The position numbers and the translations under genes are program-made. A model generated the notes under the pieces. It saw only the letters and a program-made list of their open reading frames with translations, ran no database searches and was not told the origin of the DNA. A DNA stretch of 32,000 nt, taken from assembly GCA_041659445.1 (NCBI GenBank), contig JBAZYG010000002.1, positions 90,001 to 122,000 of the forward strand, written 5' to 3'. The stretch is from Candidatus Saccharimonadota bacterium. Its GTDB lineage: Archaea > Nanobdellota > Nanobdellia > Pacearchaeales > GW2011-AR1. Shown piece after piece: positions 14,723-23,184 of the stretch (the stretch's first letter is position 1; every line of letters begins with the position of its first letter).

Positions 14723-15829
14723 ATGGTCAAGCATATTCCTTTATCTTCACCAGATATAAATTTAAATGATAAAATGGAAGTCTTAAAAGTTTTATCTACT
14801 CGTCATTTGACGCAAGGTCCTAAAATAAATGAGTTTGAAAAAAAGTTTTCAGAATATTTAGAAGTTCCATATGCAATTGCAGTAAATAGTGGAACAAGTG
14901 CATTGCATCTTGCAGTTAGAAGTTTAGGTTTGCAGATGGGAGATGAAGTAATTGTTACACCTTTTAGTTTCATTGCTTCAAGTAATTGTTTGTTAATGGA
15001 AAAAATAAAACCTGTTTTTGTTGATATAAATGAAAAAGATTTTAATATCGATCCAGAATTAATAGAAGAAAAAATAACAAAAAAAACAAAAGCAATTCTT
15101 CCAGTAGATATTTTTGGAAATCCAATAAAAATTAAGGAAATTAAAATTTTATCAGAGAAATATAGTTTACCTATTTTAGAAGATTCTTGTGAAGCTCTTG
15201 GGGCAGAGTATAGTGGTGCAAAAGTCGGAACTTTATCTGACATTGCGACATTTGGATTTTATCCAAATAAACAAATAACAACTGGAGAAGGAGGAATGAT
15301 TGTTACCTTTAATAAAAATCTTGCAGAGCTTTGCATAAGTATGAGAAATCAAGGAAGAAATATAAATGGAGATTGGTTTTTTTATGAAAGATTAGGATAT
15401 AATTATCGAATGAATGAAATGAGTGCAGCATTAGGTTCTGCTCAAATGAATAGGATTGAAGAAATTTTATCTAAAAGAAAAAAAGTCGCAAATATTTATC
15501 TTAAAAAATTAAAAGATTTAGAAGGAATTATTTTACCTTATAATGACGAAAATAAAAGTTGGTTTAACTTTGTTATTAGAGTTGATGAAAAAATTAGAAA
15601 TAATCTTTTAAAATATCTTCAAACAGAAGGAATTGAATGTAAAAATTATTTTCCATCAATACATTTAGAACCTTTTTACATGAAAGAATTTGGATATAAA
15701 AAAGGAGATTTTCCAATTTCAGAAAAAATTTCAAGTCAGACAATTGCTCTGCCTTTTTATAATTTATTAAAAGAAGAAGACATATCTTATATTAAAGATA
15801 AATTAGAAAAAGGAATAAAAAATGCATAG
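14723..15829 (+). CDS. DegT/DnrJ/EryC1/StrS-family PLP-dependent sugar aminotransferase
   Basis: 'IPLSSPDIN...LTQGPKINEFEKKFSEYLEVPYAIAVNSGTSALHLA' and 'FYPNKQITTGEGGMIVT' (PLP-Lys context). Confidence 0.85.
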   Translation: MVKHIPLSSPDINLNDKMEVLKVLSTRHLTQGPKINEFEKKFSEYLEVPYAIAVNSGTSALHLAVRSLGLQMGDEVIVTPFSFIASSNCLLMEKIKPVFVDINEKDFNIDPELIEEKITKKTKAILPVDIFGNPIKIKEIKILSEKYSLPILEDSCEALGAEYSGAKVGTLSDIATFGFYPNKQITTGEGGMIVTFNKNLAELCISMRNQGRNINGDWFFYERLGYNYRMNEMSAALGSAQMNRIEEILSKRKKVANIYLKKLKDLEGIILPYNDENKSWFNFVIRVDEKIRNNLLKYLQTEGIECKNYFPSIHLEPFYMKEFGYKKGDFPISEKISSQTIALPFYNLLKEEDISYIKDKLEKGIKNA

Positions 15830-16223
15830 TCAAGAATGGAAAGATAAGTGGAAATTATCAAAGATAGAACATGGTAAATTAACAAAATACAATTTCTTAG
15901 TTCATTATCCTGAAGGACTTACTTTAGGGAAGTATATTGATATTTCTCAATTTGTTTATATTCAATCAAGAATGGGAGTAATAATTGAAGATGATGTTGA
16001 AATTGGACCATTTACAGCAATATTATCTGAAAGTACAATAGATAATAAATCTGGTTTAATTAAAATTTGTAAAGGGGCAAAAATAGGAACTCATTCAACA
16101 ATAATGCCGAATGTCACAATAGGTGAAAATTCAATTATTGGAGCATATAGTTTAGTAAAAAAAGACATACCACCGAATGTAATAGCTTACGGCGTGCCTT
16201 GCAAAATAATTAAAAAACTTTAA
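15822..16223 (+). CDS. left-handed beta-helix (hexapeptide-repeat) sugar N-acetyltransferase
   Basis: Hexapeptide repeats 'IGTHSTIMPNVTIGENSIIGAYSLV', ending '...PPNVIAYGVPCKIIKKL'. It has an 8-nt overlap with the upstream aminotransferase. Confidence 0.8.
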   Translation: MHSQEWKDKWKLSKIEHGKLTKYNFLVHYPEGLTLGKYIDISQFVYIQSRMGVIIEDDVEIGPFTAILSESTIDNKSGLIKICKGAKIGTHSTIMPNVTIGENSIIGAYSLVKKDIPPNVIAYGVPCKIIKKL

Positions 16224-16247
16224 ATAAGTATTTTGCTTGTTTTTAAA

Positions 16248-17165
16248 ATGAATAATTTATCTATAAATACACCCATTTTATTAATCGCTTTTAATCGTCC
16301 AGATTTAGTAAAAAAGGTTTTTGAAGAAATAAAAAAAGCAAAACCAAAAAAATTATTTGTGTCTGTAGATGGTCCGAGAAATAATGAAGAAAAAATAAAA
16401 GTAGATGAAGTAAAAAAAATAGTTTCTAATGTAGATTGGCCTTGTAAATTAAATAAAAGATTTCAAGATAAAAATTTAGGAATCATTGGTGGGGCGTTGG
16501 GTGCAATTGATTGGTTCTTTGAAAATGTTGAAGAAGGAATAATTCTTGAAGATGACGCAATACCAAATCAAGATTTTTTTAAATTTTGTTCTGAGCTTTT
16601 GAAAAAATACCGAAACGATGAAAAGATTATGCAAATTAATGGTTGTAATTTTCAAAGAGGTTGGAAAAGAGAAAAATATTCTTATTATTTTTCAAAATAT
16701 GCTCATACTTATGGATGGGCTACTTGGAGAAGAGCTCGTAGAAAATATGATTCTAAAATGCAATTTTATTTGGAGTTAAAGAAAAAAAAATATTTTTCAG
16801 ATATTTTTCCAAATAAAATAGAAAGAAAATATATTTTACATATAATGGATGATGCCTATTTTAAGATTCCAGAAGCAATAGATACAAGATGGGTTTATTC
16901 TGTTTTAATTAATGACGGTTTATGTATTACTCCAAATGAAAATTTAGTTCAAAACATTGGATTCGGAAAAGATGCAACACATACAAAGAAAAGTGATTCT
17001 TTTTTTTCAATTCCTACAAATAATTTAAGTTTTCCATTAATTCACCCACAATTTATTATTAGAGATAGGCTTTCTGATGAAAGATATGCTAAATGGTTAT
17101 TCAAAAATAGAGTAAAAAAATTTATTATAAAAAGATTTAGTTTTTCTTTAAAACATAAAAAATAG
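16248..17165 (+). CDS. GT-A-fold nucleotide-diphospho-sugar transferase (HlpA-like/GNT-I-like)
   Basis: 'PILLIAFNRPDLVKKVFEEI...LFVSVDGPR' and 'ILEDDAIP' (DxD-like). The ATG at 16248 is preferred over the track's TTG at 16233. Confidence 0.5.
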   Translation: MNNLSINTPILLIAFNRPDLVKKVFEEIKKAKPKKLFVSVDGPRNNEEKIKVDEVKKIVSNVDWPCKLNKRFQDKNLGIIGGALGAIDWFFENVEEGIILEDDAIPNQDFFKFCSELLKKYRNDEKIMQINGCNFQRGWKREKYSYYFSKYAHTYGWATWRRARRKYDSKMQFYLELKKKKYFSDIFPNKIERKYILHIMDDAYFKIPEAIDTRWVYSVLINDGLCITPNENLVQNIGFGKDATHTKKSDSFFSIPTNNLSFPLIHPQFIIRDRLSDERYAKWLFKNRVKKFIIKRFSFSLKHKK

Positions 17166-17922
17166 ATTGAGGTCTTAATTTTTGATAAAAATTAGTTGAA
17201 TGATATTTATTATTCCAAAAAAATAATTTGCTTATCAAATAATCGAAGTAAACAAAAAGAACATTATTTCCAGCTTTTTTATTTTTATAATTTAATCTTC
17301 TTAAAAGAGGGAACATGATTTTTCTTTTTGAAACTATTTTAAGAGAATTTTCTTTAATTATTTTATCTAATATGTTTTCAGGTATGCCTCTTTCCCTTTT
17401 AGTTAATCCTATTCTTGGTTTTCTCCAATCACCCATAGATACAATTGGTTCTCTTAATAAGATATATCCATTCTTTTTAACAACCTTTGACATTTCTTTT
17501 AAAACATAACTAACATTAGGTATATGATGAAGTGTTCCAAAACAAGTTATTAAATCAAAAGTATTGTTTTTAAATTTTAAATTTCCTTTTGAAGAAGGAG
17601 AAATATATTTTATTTTTTTGTTCATTAAATTATTTTTTCTCAGTTTTTTTGAAGGTTCTATAATAAATATTTCATTTATTTTGTTGATTATTGGAATTAG
17701 TTCTTCTCCTGTCGCACCGCCTATGCTCAAGACTTTATCAAAAATTTTAATTTTCTTAATTTTAGAATATCCATGTATCTTGTTTATTTCATGATATGAA
17801 TACACTTCATAATCTCCTTTTAATTGAGAATATCCTTCTTTTTCATCATCATACCATTCTTTTATTTGTTTTAAATTAAAATCATCTCCATATAATTTTT
17901 TTCCAGAAAAATATTCATTCAT
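17137..17922 (-). CDS. class I SAM-dependent methyltransferase
   Basis: Motif I 'VLSIGGATGEEL', 'FDLITCFGTLHHIPN', 'GYILLREP'. ATGA overlap with the upstream GT4. Its 3' end overlaps the convergent gene by 29 nt. Confidence 0.75.
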   Translation of the reverse strand: MNEYFSGKKLYGDDFNLKQIKEWYDDEKEGYSQLKGDYEVYSYHEINKIHGYSKIKKIKIFDKVLSIGGATGEELIPIINKINEIFIIEPSKKLRKNNLMNKKIKYISPSSKGNLKFKNNTFDLITCFGTLHHIPNVSYVLKEMSKVVKKNGYILLREPIVSMGDWRKPRIGLTKRERGIPENILDKIIKENSLKIVSKRKIMFPLLRRLNYKNKKAGNNVLFVYFDYLISKLFFWNNKYHSTNFYQKLRPQSIFYVLKKN

Positions 17923-19025
17923 TTTATTTCTTTAATAAAAATTTCATTTAGTTTTATCTCTGATTTTTCAATTGTATAATTCTCTTTGAAAAATTTTCTT
18001 ATTTCATGAGATTTTACTTGTGAGTTTAAGTTTTTTATTAATTCTAAAGATAATTCTCTCCAGTCTCTTTTTTCAGAAGCATATCCTAAAAATTTTTTTG
18101 GTATCATTTCCTTTATAGCACCTTGACTATAAGAAAATACGGGAATTCCATGCATGTACGCTTCTAAAATTACTAATGGAAAAGACTCATTTTTATACTT
18201 TGTTGGAAATAACAAAAAATTTGTTTTATTAAATATTTCTTCCTTTTCATTATTATATTTTGACCCAAGATAAATACAATCTTTTTCTAATTTTAATTCT
18301 TTTCGCGTTTTTTCCCACTTTTTCCTAAAATTCTTTTCTTGCCAAGGTCCAACAAAATTACAAATAAATTTTTTGTTTTTTTCTTTTAAGATACTGCATA
18401 TTTTTAATGCATCTATTGCACCTTTTTCTTCAATCATATTTGAAATAAAGAGTATGCTTGGAATATTGTTAATTTTTCTTTGATTTAATATTCTCTCAAA
18501 TTCTTTTTTATTTAATTTATCTTCTATGCCATTTGGTAAAAAGTGAATGTCTTCTTTTTTTATTATTTCTTTTACTTCAGAATATAACATCTTGGATAAT
18601 AAGATTATCTTATTATTTTTAAAAATGAATTTGTAATAATCTTTCCATAATTTTTTTTTGACTTTTTGTTCAATTCCTCTAGCGTGAATTTGAAAGATTA
18701 TTTTTTTTCTAAAAATTTTGCATAGAATAACATAAATACTATCTCTAAGAAATGCTAAATTCGTAGGGGCAATTTCAAAATATATTATTTTTGGTTTAAA
18801 AAAGATTAATTTTTTTAATAAACTGAAAAAAACGTTAAAAATTCTAAAAAACTTTTTAATTTTAAATTTACCTATTTCCTCTAAATTTGAAGAATCATTT
18901 ATTTTTATTCTTTCTAATGTGAAATTTTTATTAAGCAATTTACTGTTGAAATAAAATTCATTCATGTTTGCGGCACCATGAACTGGTGGTGGAAATCTTC
19001 CAATAAAGAGTATTTTTTCTTTCAT
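17919..19025 (-). CDS. GT4-family (GT-B, Glycos_transf_1) glycosyltransferase
   Basis: 'EEKGAIDAL' and 'FPTKYKNESFPLVILEAYMHGIPVFSY' (E-x7-E). 4-nt overlap with the upstream GT26. Confidence 0.8.
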   Translation of the reverse strand: MKEKILFIGRFPPPVHGAANMNEFYFNSKLLNKNFTLERIKINDSSNLEEIGKFKIKKFFRIFNVFFSLLKKLIFFKPKIIYFEIAPTNLAFLRDSIYVILCKIFRKKIIFQIHARGIEQKVKKKLWKDYYKFIFKNNKIILLSKMLYSEVKEIIKKEDIHFLPNGIEDKLNKKEFERILNQRKINNIPSILFISNMIEEKGAIDALKICSILKEKNKKFICNFVGPWQEKNFRKKWEKTRKELKLEKDCIYLGSKYNNEKEEIFNKTNFLLFPTKYKNESFPLVILEAYMHGIPVFSYSQGAIKEMIPKKFLGYASEKRDWRELSLELIKNLNSQVKSHEIRKFFKENYTIEKSEIKLNEIFIKEIK

Positions 19026-19744
19026 TTTGTATTAATATTCTTTAAATATTTCAATGCAATTAAGCTTCTTAAAACCTTTTTTTTAGTTGTTTTAAAATCA
19101 GTGATTAATCTATATATCCATTCCAATCCAATTTTTTGGAAAAAACCCGGAGCTCTTTTCTTTTTTCCTAATGCAAAATCTATTCCAGCACCAACATTAA
19201 AAAAATATTTGTTCTTTGTTTTTTTTATAAGTTCTTTTACAAGAATATTTTGTTTTGGACATCCAATCCCAACCCAGACTATGTCAATTTTTTTATTGTT
19301 AATTATTTTAGATATTTTGTTTATTTCATTATCAGGAAAAGTTAAACTTTGAATATATAGTGGATTATAAGAAAATGTTTTTTTTTGATTTAGATTTTTA
19401 AAATTTTTAAATAATTTTTCTAAATCTTCTCTTTCAATTCCTATAAATAAACTTTTTTTATTTTTTGAAAAATTGCTATTTAATAAATTAATGGTAAAAT
19501 TCGGGCCCATTAATCTTTGAATTTTTTTCATTTTTTTTATTGAAATATACAGTGAAATAATAAATCCATCTAGAAAATTGATATTTTCTTTTTCTAAAAT
19601 TGCTGACTTGAACAATGGTTCTTTGACAAATTGATATAAATCATGTGAATTTATAAAATTTAAAATAAATCTATTTTTTGAATTTGAATCTTCTAGAATA
19701 TTCTTTAAATTTTTTCTATCTTCAATAAAAATTTTTTCATCCAT
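19022..19744 (-). CDS. GT26-family glycosyltransferase (WecG/TagA/CpsF)
   Basis: 'VWVGIGCPKQNILVKEL' and 'NVGAGIDFALGKKKRAPGFFQKIGLEWIYRLITDFKTTKKK' are the characteristic GT26 signatures (G.G.PKQE..., GxxFDFxAGxxxRAPxWxxxxGLEWxYRL). Confidence 0.85.
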   Translation of the reverse strand: MDEKIFIEDRKNLKNILEDSNSKNRFILNFINSHDLYQFVKEPLFKSAILEKENINFLDGFIISLYISIKKMKKIQRLMGPNFTINLLNSNFSKNKKSLFIGIEREDLEKLFKNFKNLNQKKTFSYNPLYIQSLTFPDNEINKISKIINNKKIDIVWVGIGCPKQNILVKELIKKTKNKYFFNVGAGIDFALGKKKRAPGFFQKIGLEWIYRLITDFKTTKKKVLRSLIALKYLKNINTK

Positions 19745-19765
19745 AATTCTCTGTCTTATTCTTAA

Positions 19766-19774
19766 TTAATAAAA
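19766..19774 (-). promoter_or_regulatory. putative TATA box for the GT26-GT4-methyltransferase operon
   Basis: Minus strand TTTTATTAA, centred about 26 nt upstream of the ATG at 19744. Confidence 0.4.
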
Positions 19775-19809
19775 TTTACCTTTAATTAATTATCCCTCTA
19801 GACTATAAC

Positions 19810-19821
19810 AATCTTTAAAAA
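19810..19821 (+). promoter_or_regulatory. putative BRE/TATA box for the SDR-fcl pair
   Basis: AATCTTTAAAAA, centred about 25-26 nt upstream of the ATG at 19843. Confidence 0.5.
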
Positions 19822-19842
19822 TTTGAAATCAAACGTATAAAA

Positions 19843-20823
19843 ATGAAAAATGAACGAGTTTTAGTAACAGGCGGGGCAGGATATGCTGGTGCAGTATTAG
19901 TCCCTATGCTACTTGATAAAGGATATAATGTTATTGTTTTAGATAAAATGATTCATGAAAATTCATATAATTTTTTATTATCTAATCAAGGAGGACATAA
20001 TTTATTATCCAATCCCAATTTTAAATTTTTTAAAGGAGATATAAGAGATACAGGATTAATAAAAAAATTAATAACTGAAGTAGATTCAATAATTCATCTT
20101 GCGGCAATTGTTGGAGAACCTGCTGCTAGAAGAAACAAATTTGAGACAGAAGACATAAATGTCAATGGAACAAAAAATATAATTGATAATCTATCTAAAA
20201 ACCAAAAAATAATTTTTGCTTCTACTGGAAGTGTTTATGGTCAAGTAGATGAAATGTGTTTAGAATCTACTGCTCCAAATCCGTTGGGAATTTATGGGAA
20301 TACAAAATTACAAGCAGAACAAATGGTATTAAATTATGGCGGCACTGCATATAGGTTTGCAACAGCTTTTGGTTTATCTCCTAGATTAAGAATTGATCTT
20401 CTTCCAAATGATTTTACAAACAAATTAGTTAATCAACGATCTATTGATTTATATGAAGTAAATGCTCGAAGAACTTTTATTCATGTTACAGATATGGCTC
20501 GTTCTTATCTTTTTGCTTTGGAAAATTATAAAAATATGCAAGGGGAGCCTTATAACTTGGGAAATGAATCTATGAATTTAACTAAAATTGATTTAGCAAG
20601 AAAAATAAGTAAAGAAATTAAAGGAATTTTAGGATTTGAACCTCGAATTTGGGAAAATGAAGGTGAAAAAGACCCAGATCAAAGAGATTATGAAGTTTCA
20701 TACAAAAAAATTCAATCTATAAATAAAGGTTTTTACACAGAAGTTGGTTTAGAAAAAGGTATTCAAGAATTGGTTAGATTCTTTTCAAACTTTCAACAAA
20801 AAAATCCGTTTACAAACGCTTAA
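19843..20823 (+). CDS. NAD-dependent epimerase/dehydratase/reductase (extended SDR)
   Basis: 'VLVTGGAGYAGAVLV', 'ASTGSVYG' and 'YGNTKLQAEQ' (YxxxK). Its stop is 1 nt before the fcl-like start. Confidence 0.75.
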   Translation: MKNERVLVTGGAGYAGAVLVPMLLDKGYNVIVLDKMIHENSYNFLLSNQGGHNLLSNPNFKFFKGDIRDTGLIKKLITEVDSIIHLAAIVGEPAARRNKFETEDINVNGTKNIIDNLSKNQKIIFASTGSVYGQVDEMCLESTAPNPLGIYGNTKLQAEQMVLNYGGTAYRFATAFGLSPRLRIDLLPNDFTNKLVNQRSIDLYEVNARRTFIHVTDMARSYLFALENYKNMQGEPYNLGNESMNLTKIDLARKISKEIKGILGFEPRIWENEGEKDPDQRDYEVSYKKIQSINKGFYTEVGLEKGIQELVRFFSNFQQKNPFTNA

Positions 20824-20824
20824 A

Positions 20825-21826
20825 ATGAATTTAAATTCTAAAAAAATTGGAATAAGTGGAGGAAGTGGTTTTTTAGGTAGAAGAATCGTCGATGAATTAC
20901 AAAAAAAAGGAGCAGAAGTTGTTGCTCCAAGAAGTTCAGAATATAATTTTACATTAGAAAAAGATACAGAAAGATTTTTTGTAAGTCATAATTTAGATAT
21001 GTTTGTTCATTCTGCAGCATTGTATGGTGGTTTAGGAATAAATGAAAAAATGCCTGCACATATTTTTAATTACAATATGCAAATGCTTTTGAATATTTTT
21101 AAACATTCAATAAATTATTCTTTAGGTTCAGAAGGAAAAGGAATTCCTCGAATAGAAAAGATGATTTCAATAAGTTCTGCTTGTGGATATCCGAGTAAAT
21201 GGGGAGATAATATGCGTGAAGAATTTCTCTGGGAAGGGGAATTAGATAAAAGTGTTTTGAATTATGGTATGGTAAAAAAATTAATGGAAACTCTTGGACA
21301 TGTTTATCGGAATCAACATGAATTACATTCAATAACCTTGCCTTTAGCAACACTTTATGGTGAGAATGATACTTTCAATCCATTTCGTTCTCATGTCCCT
21401 GCAGCATTAATTAGAAAATTTGTAGAAGCAGAACAAAAAAAAGAACCTTTTGTAAATTTGTGGGGAACTCCAGATAGTGTTCGAGAATTTATGTATGTTG
21501 GCGACGCTGCAAAAGGAATTGTTTTAGCTATAGAAAAATTTGATGGGATAGATAATGTTGGTTATTCTTCAAAATATACCTTAAATATCGGTTCTGGTGA
21601 AGGAATAACTATTGATTATCTTGCTACAACAATTAAAGATATTATCGGATATAAAGGGGATATAATTTATAATGGAAAAAGTCCAGGTCAAAAATCAAAA
21701 GCACTTGTTGTTGAAAGAATGGAAAAAGTTTTGAATTGGCATCCTCAAACTTCTTTAAGAGACGGTTTAGAAAAAACAATTAATTGGTATGTTAAGAATA
21801 AAGAAAAAGCAGATGAAAAATTTTAA
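20825..21826 (+). CDS. fcl: GDP-L-fucose synthase-like (GDP-4-keto-6-deoxymannose 3,5-epimerase/4-reductase)
   Basis: 'ISGGSGFLGRRI', 'FVHSAALYGGLGINEKMPAHIFNYNMQMLLNIF' (compare AAKVGGIxANxxxPAxFIxxNLxIQxNVI), 'SSACGYP' and 'YGMVKK' (YxxxK). A gmd gene is present in the same island. Confidence 0.75.
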   Translation: MNLNSKKIGISGGSGFLGRRIVDELQKKGAEVVAPRSSEYNFTLEKDTERFFVSHNLDMFVHSAALYGGLGINEKMPAHIFNYNMQMLLNIFKHSINYSLGSEGKGIPRIEKMISISSACGYPSKWGDNMREEFLWEGELDKSVLNYGMVKKLMETLGHVYRNQHELHSITLPLATLYGENDTFNPFRSHVPAALIRKFVEAEQKKEPFVNLWGTPDSVREFMYVGDAAKGIVLAIEKFDGIDNVGYSSKYTLNIGSGEGITIDYLATTIKDIIGYKGDIIYNGKSPGQKSKALVVERMEKVLNWHPQTSLRDGLEKTINWYVKNKEKADEKF

Positions 21827-21870
21827 ATTTCTTAAAGTGTATTAATTTTAAAGTAACACTTAAATTAAAA

Positions 21871-21881
21871 GGTTTATAAAT
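21871..21881 (+). promoter_or_regulatory. putative TATA box for the 119-aa hypothetical gene
   Basis: ggTTTATAAAt, centred about 25-26 nt upstream of the ATG at 21902. Confidence 0.45.
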
Positions 21882-21901
21882 GCAAGGACTATTAAAAAAT
21901 T

Positions 21902-22261
21902 ATGGAAAAAAAGATAATTAGATTACCAGAAGAATATTCTGAAAATTTAGTTAAAAGTAAAAGGAAAGCTTTTTCTAAATTGCATAAAGAGATTTCTGGT
22001 CTTTTTGGAAAAAATGAAAAAACAAAGCAAGAAATAGAGTCTTTATTAATAAATTCGGGATTGGTTAAAAATAATGTAGAATCCTTAGAATTATTTAATA
22101 TACTCTCTAATAATGCAATACTCGTTGAAAAGGGTAGTTTTAATATTATGCATTGGGATTACATCTTTTTTTTAGAAAGGATTTCTGGAGAGGAAAGATA
22201 TAAGTCTAAATTTGGAACATATTATAATCCTAGCTTTGAAGGGTATTTTTTAAAAAATTAA
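21902..22261 (+). CDS. hypothetical protein (119 aa), no recognisable motif
   Basis: The ORF has its own ggTTTATAAA box centred about 25 nt upstream of the ATG. It is soluble with mixed composition. Confidence 0.5.
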   Translation: MEKKIIRLPEEYSENLVKSKRKAFSKLHKEISGLFGKNEKTKQEIESLLINSGLVKNNVESLELFNILSNNAILVEKGSFNIMHWDYIFFLERISGEERYKSKFGTYYNPSFEGYFLKN

Positions 22262-22299
22262 AAGGCTATTTACAATTTTGTTTTAATTAAAATATAATT

Positions 22300-23184
22300 T
22301 TAGATTTCTTCTTCAATTTTTATCCAATTCTTAGGTAATTCTGGATCTTCTTTTGAATCTTTAAACATTGAAAAACTTTTTGGAGCAATTACAATTTTTT
22401 TTGGATTTTTATTCAAATAACCTGCCCACCAACTTAATGCACTATTTGCTAAAATATTATGCTTACATGATTTCATTAATTCCAAATCTTCATAATCTTT
22501 GTTTCCCTCGACAAAATTTAATTTAATTCCAAGATTTGATAAATTTTCTTTGCACCAATCAATTTCATCAGAAAAAATATAAAAAATAGGATTTTTCACT
22601 TGTTTTTTTATGATTTCAATAGCTCTTTTGTAATAATCTGCACTCAATACTAAGCAATTTTTTAATTTTAAAACATCTCCACGTCTTACATGGATACTTA
22701 TAGAATTTTGTGAAGATATTTCTTTTAATCTTTCTTTTATTTGTTTTTTATATTCTTCTTTTAATTCAAATTCTTTTTTTATTATATTCTCTATTGGTTT
22801 AAAAAATTTTTCTCTTCCACAATAAATAATTAAATAACTGTTATTTGGTATTTTGAAAAAATCTTCTGCATCTCCATTACTTGGAAAACGATAAACGTTT
22901 CTTTCAAATAATTTTAATTTTCTTGTTAGTTTATCAATTGGTCTAAAATAGGTTCTAAAAATATATCTTTTAATTTCTTTTTTTGTTGCAATTTGAGAAG
23001 AAATATTAAATTTTTCTATAACTAAATCCCATGTTCCTCCAAACTTTTTTTCAAATCTTGGCCAAGATTGAAGATAAGTTTTATCTAGTTTAAGTTCTGT
23101 TTTGTGTTTTTCAGATAATGCTTTTGCAGCAGCATAAACATACATAGAATTTCCCAATCCACGTCCAATTTCAGCAATTATCAT
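22300..23184 (-). CDS. GT11-family alpha-1,2-fucosyltransferase
   Basis: N-terminal 'GRGLGNSMYVYAAAKAL', 'SIHVRRGDV' (the HVRRGDY motif) and 'ANSALSWWAGYLN' (compare SNSTFSWWAAYL). 4-nt overlap with the upstream GT4. Confidence 0.85.
   Translation of the reverse strand: MIIAEIGRGLGNSMYVYAAAKALSEKHKTELKLDKTYLQSWPRFEKKFGGTWDLVIEKFNISSQIATKKEIKRYIFRTYFRPIDKLTRKLKLFERNVYRFPSNGDAEDFFKIPNNSYLIIYCGREKFFKPIENIIKKEFELKEEYKKQIKERLKEISSQNSISIHVRRGDVLKLKNCLVLSADYYKRAIEIIKKQVKNPIFYIFSDEIDWCKENLSNLGIKLNFVEGNKDYEDLELMKSCKHNILANSALSWWAGYLNKNPKKIVIAPKSFSMFKDSKEDPELPKNWIKIEEEI

Noticed and set aside
22262-22299. 12-bp palindrome ttttaattaaaa between convergent genes as a bidirectional terminator hairpin
   Set aside because: It is AT-only and too weak to form a stable stem. 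Archaeal termination is adequately explained by the flanking oligo-T runs.
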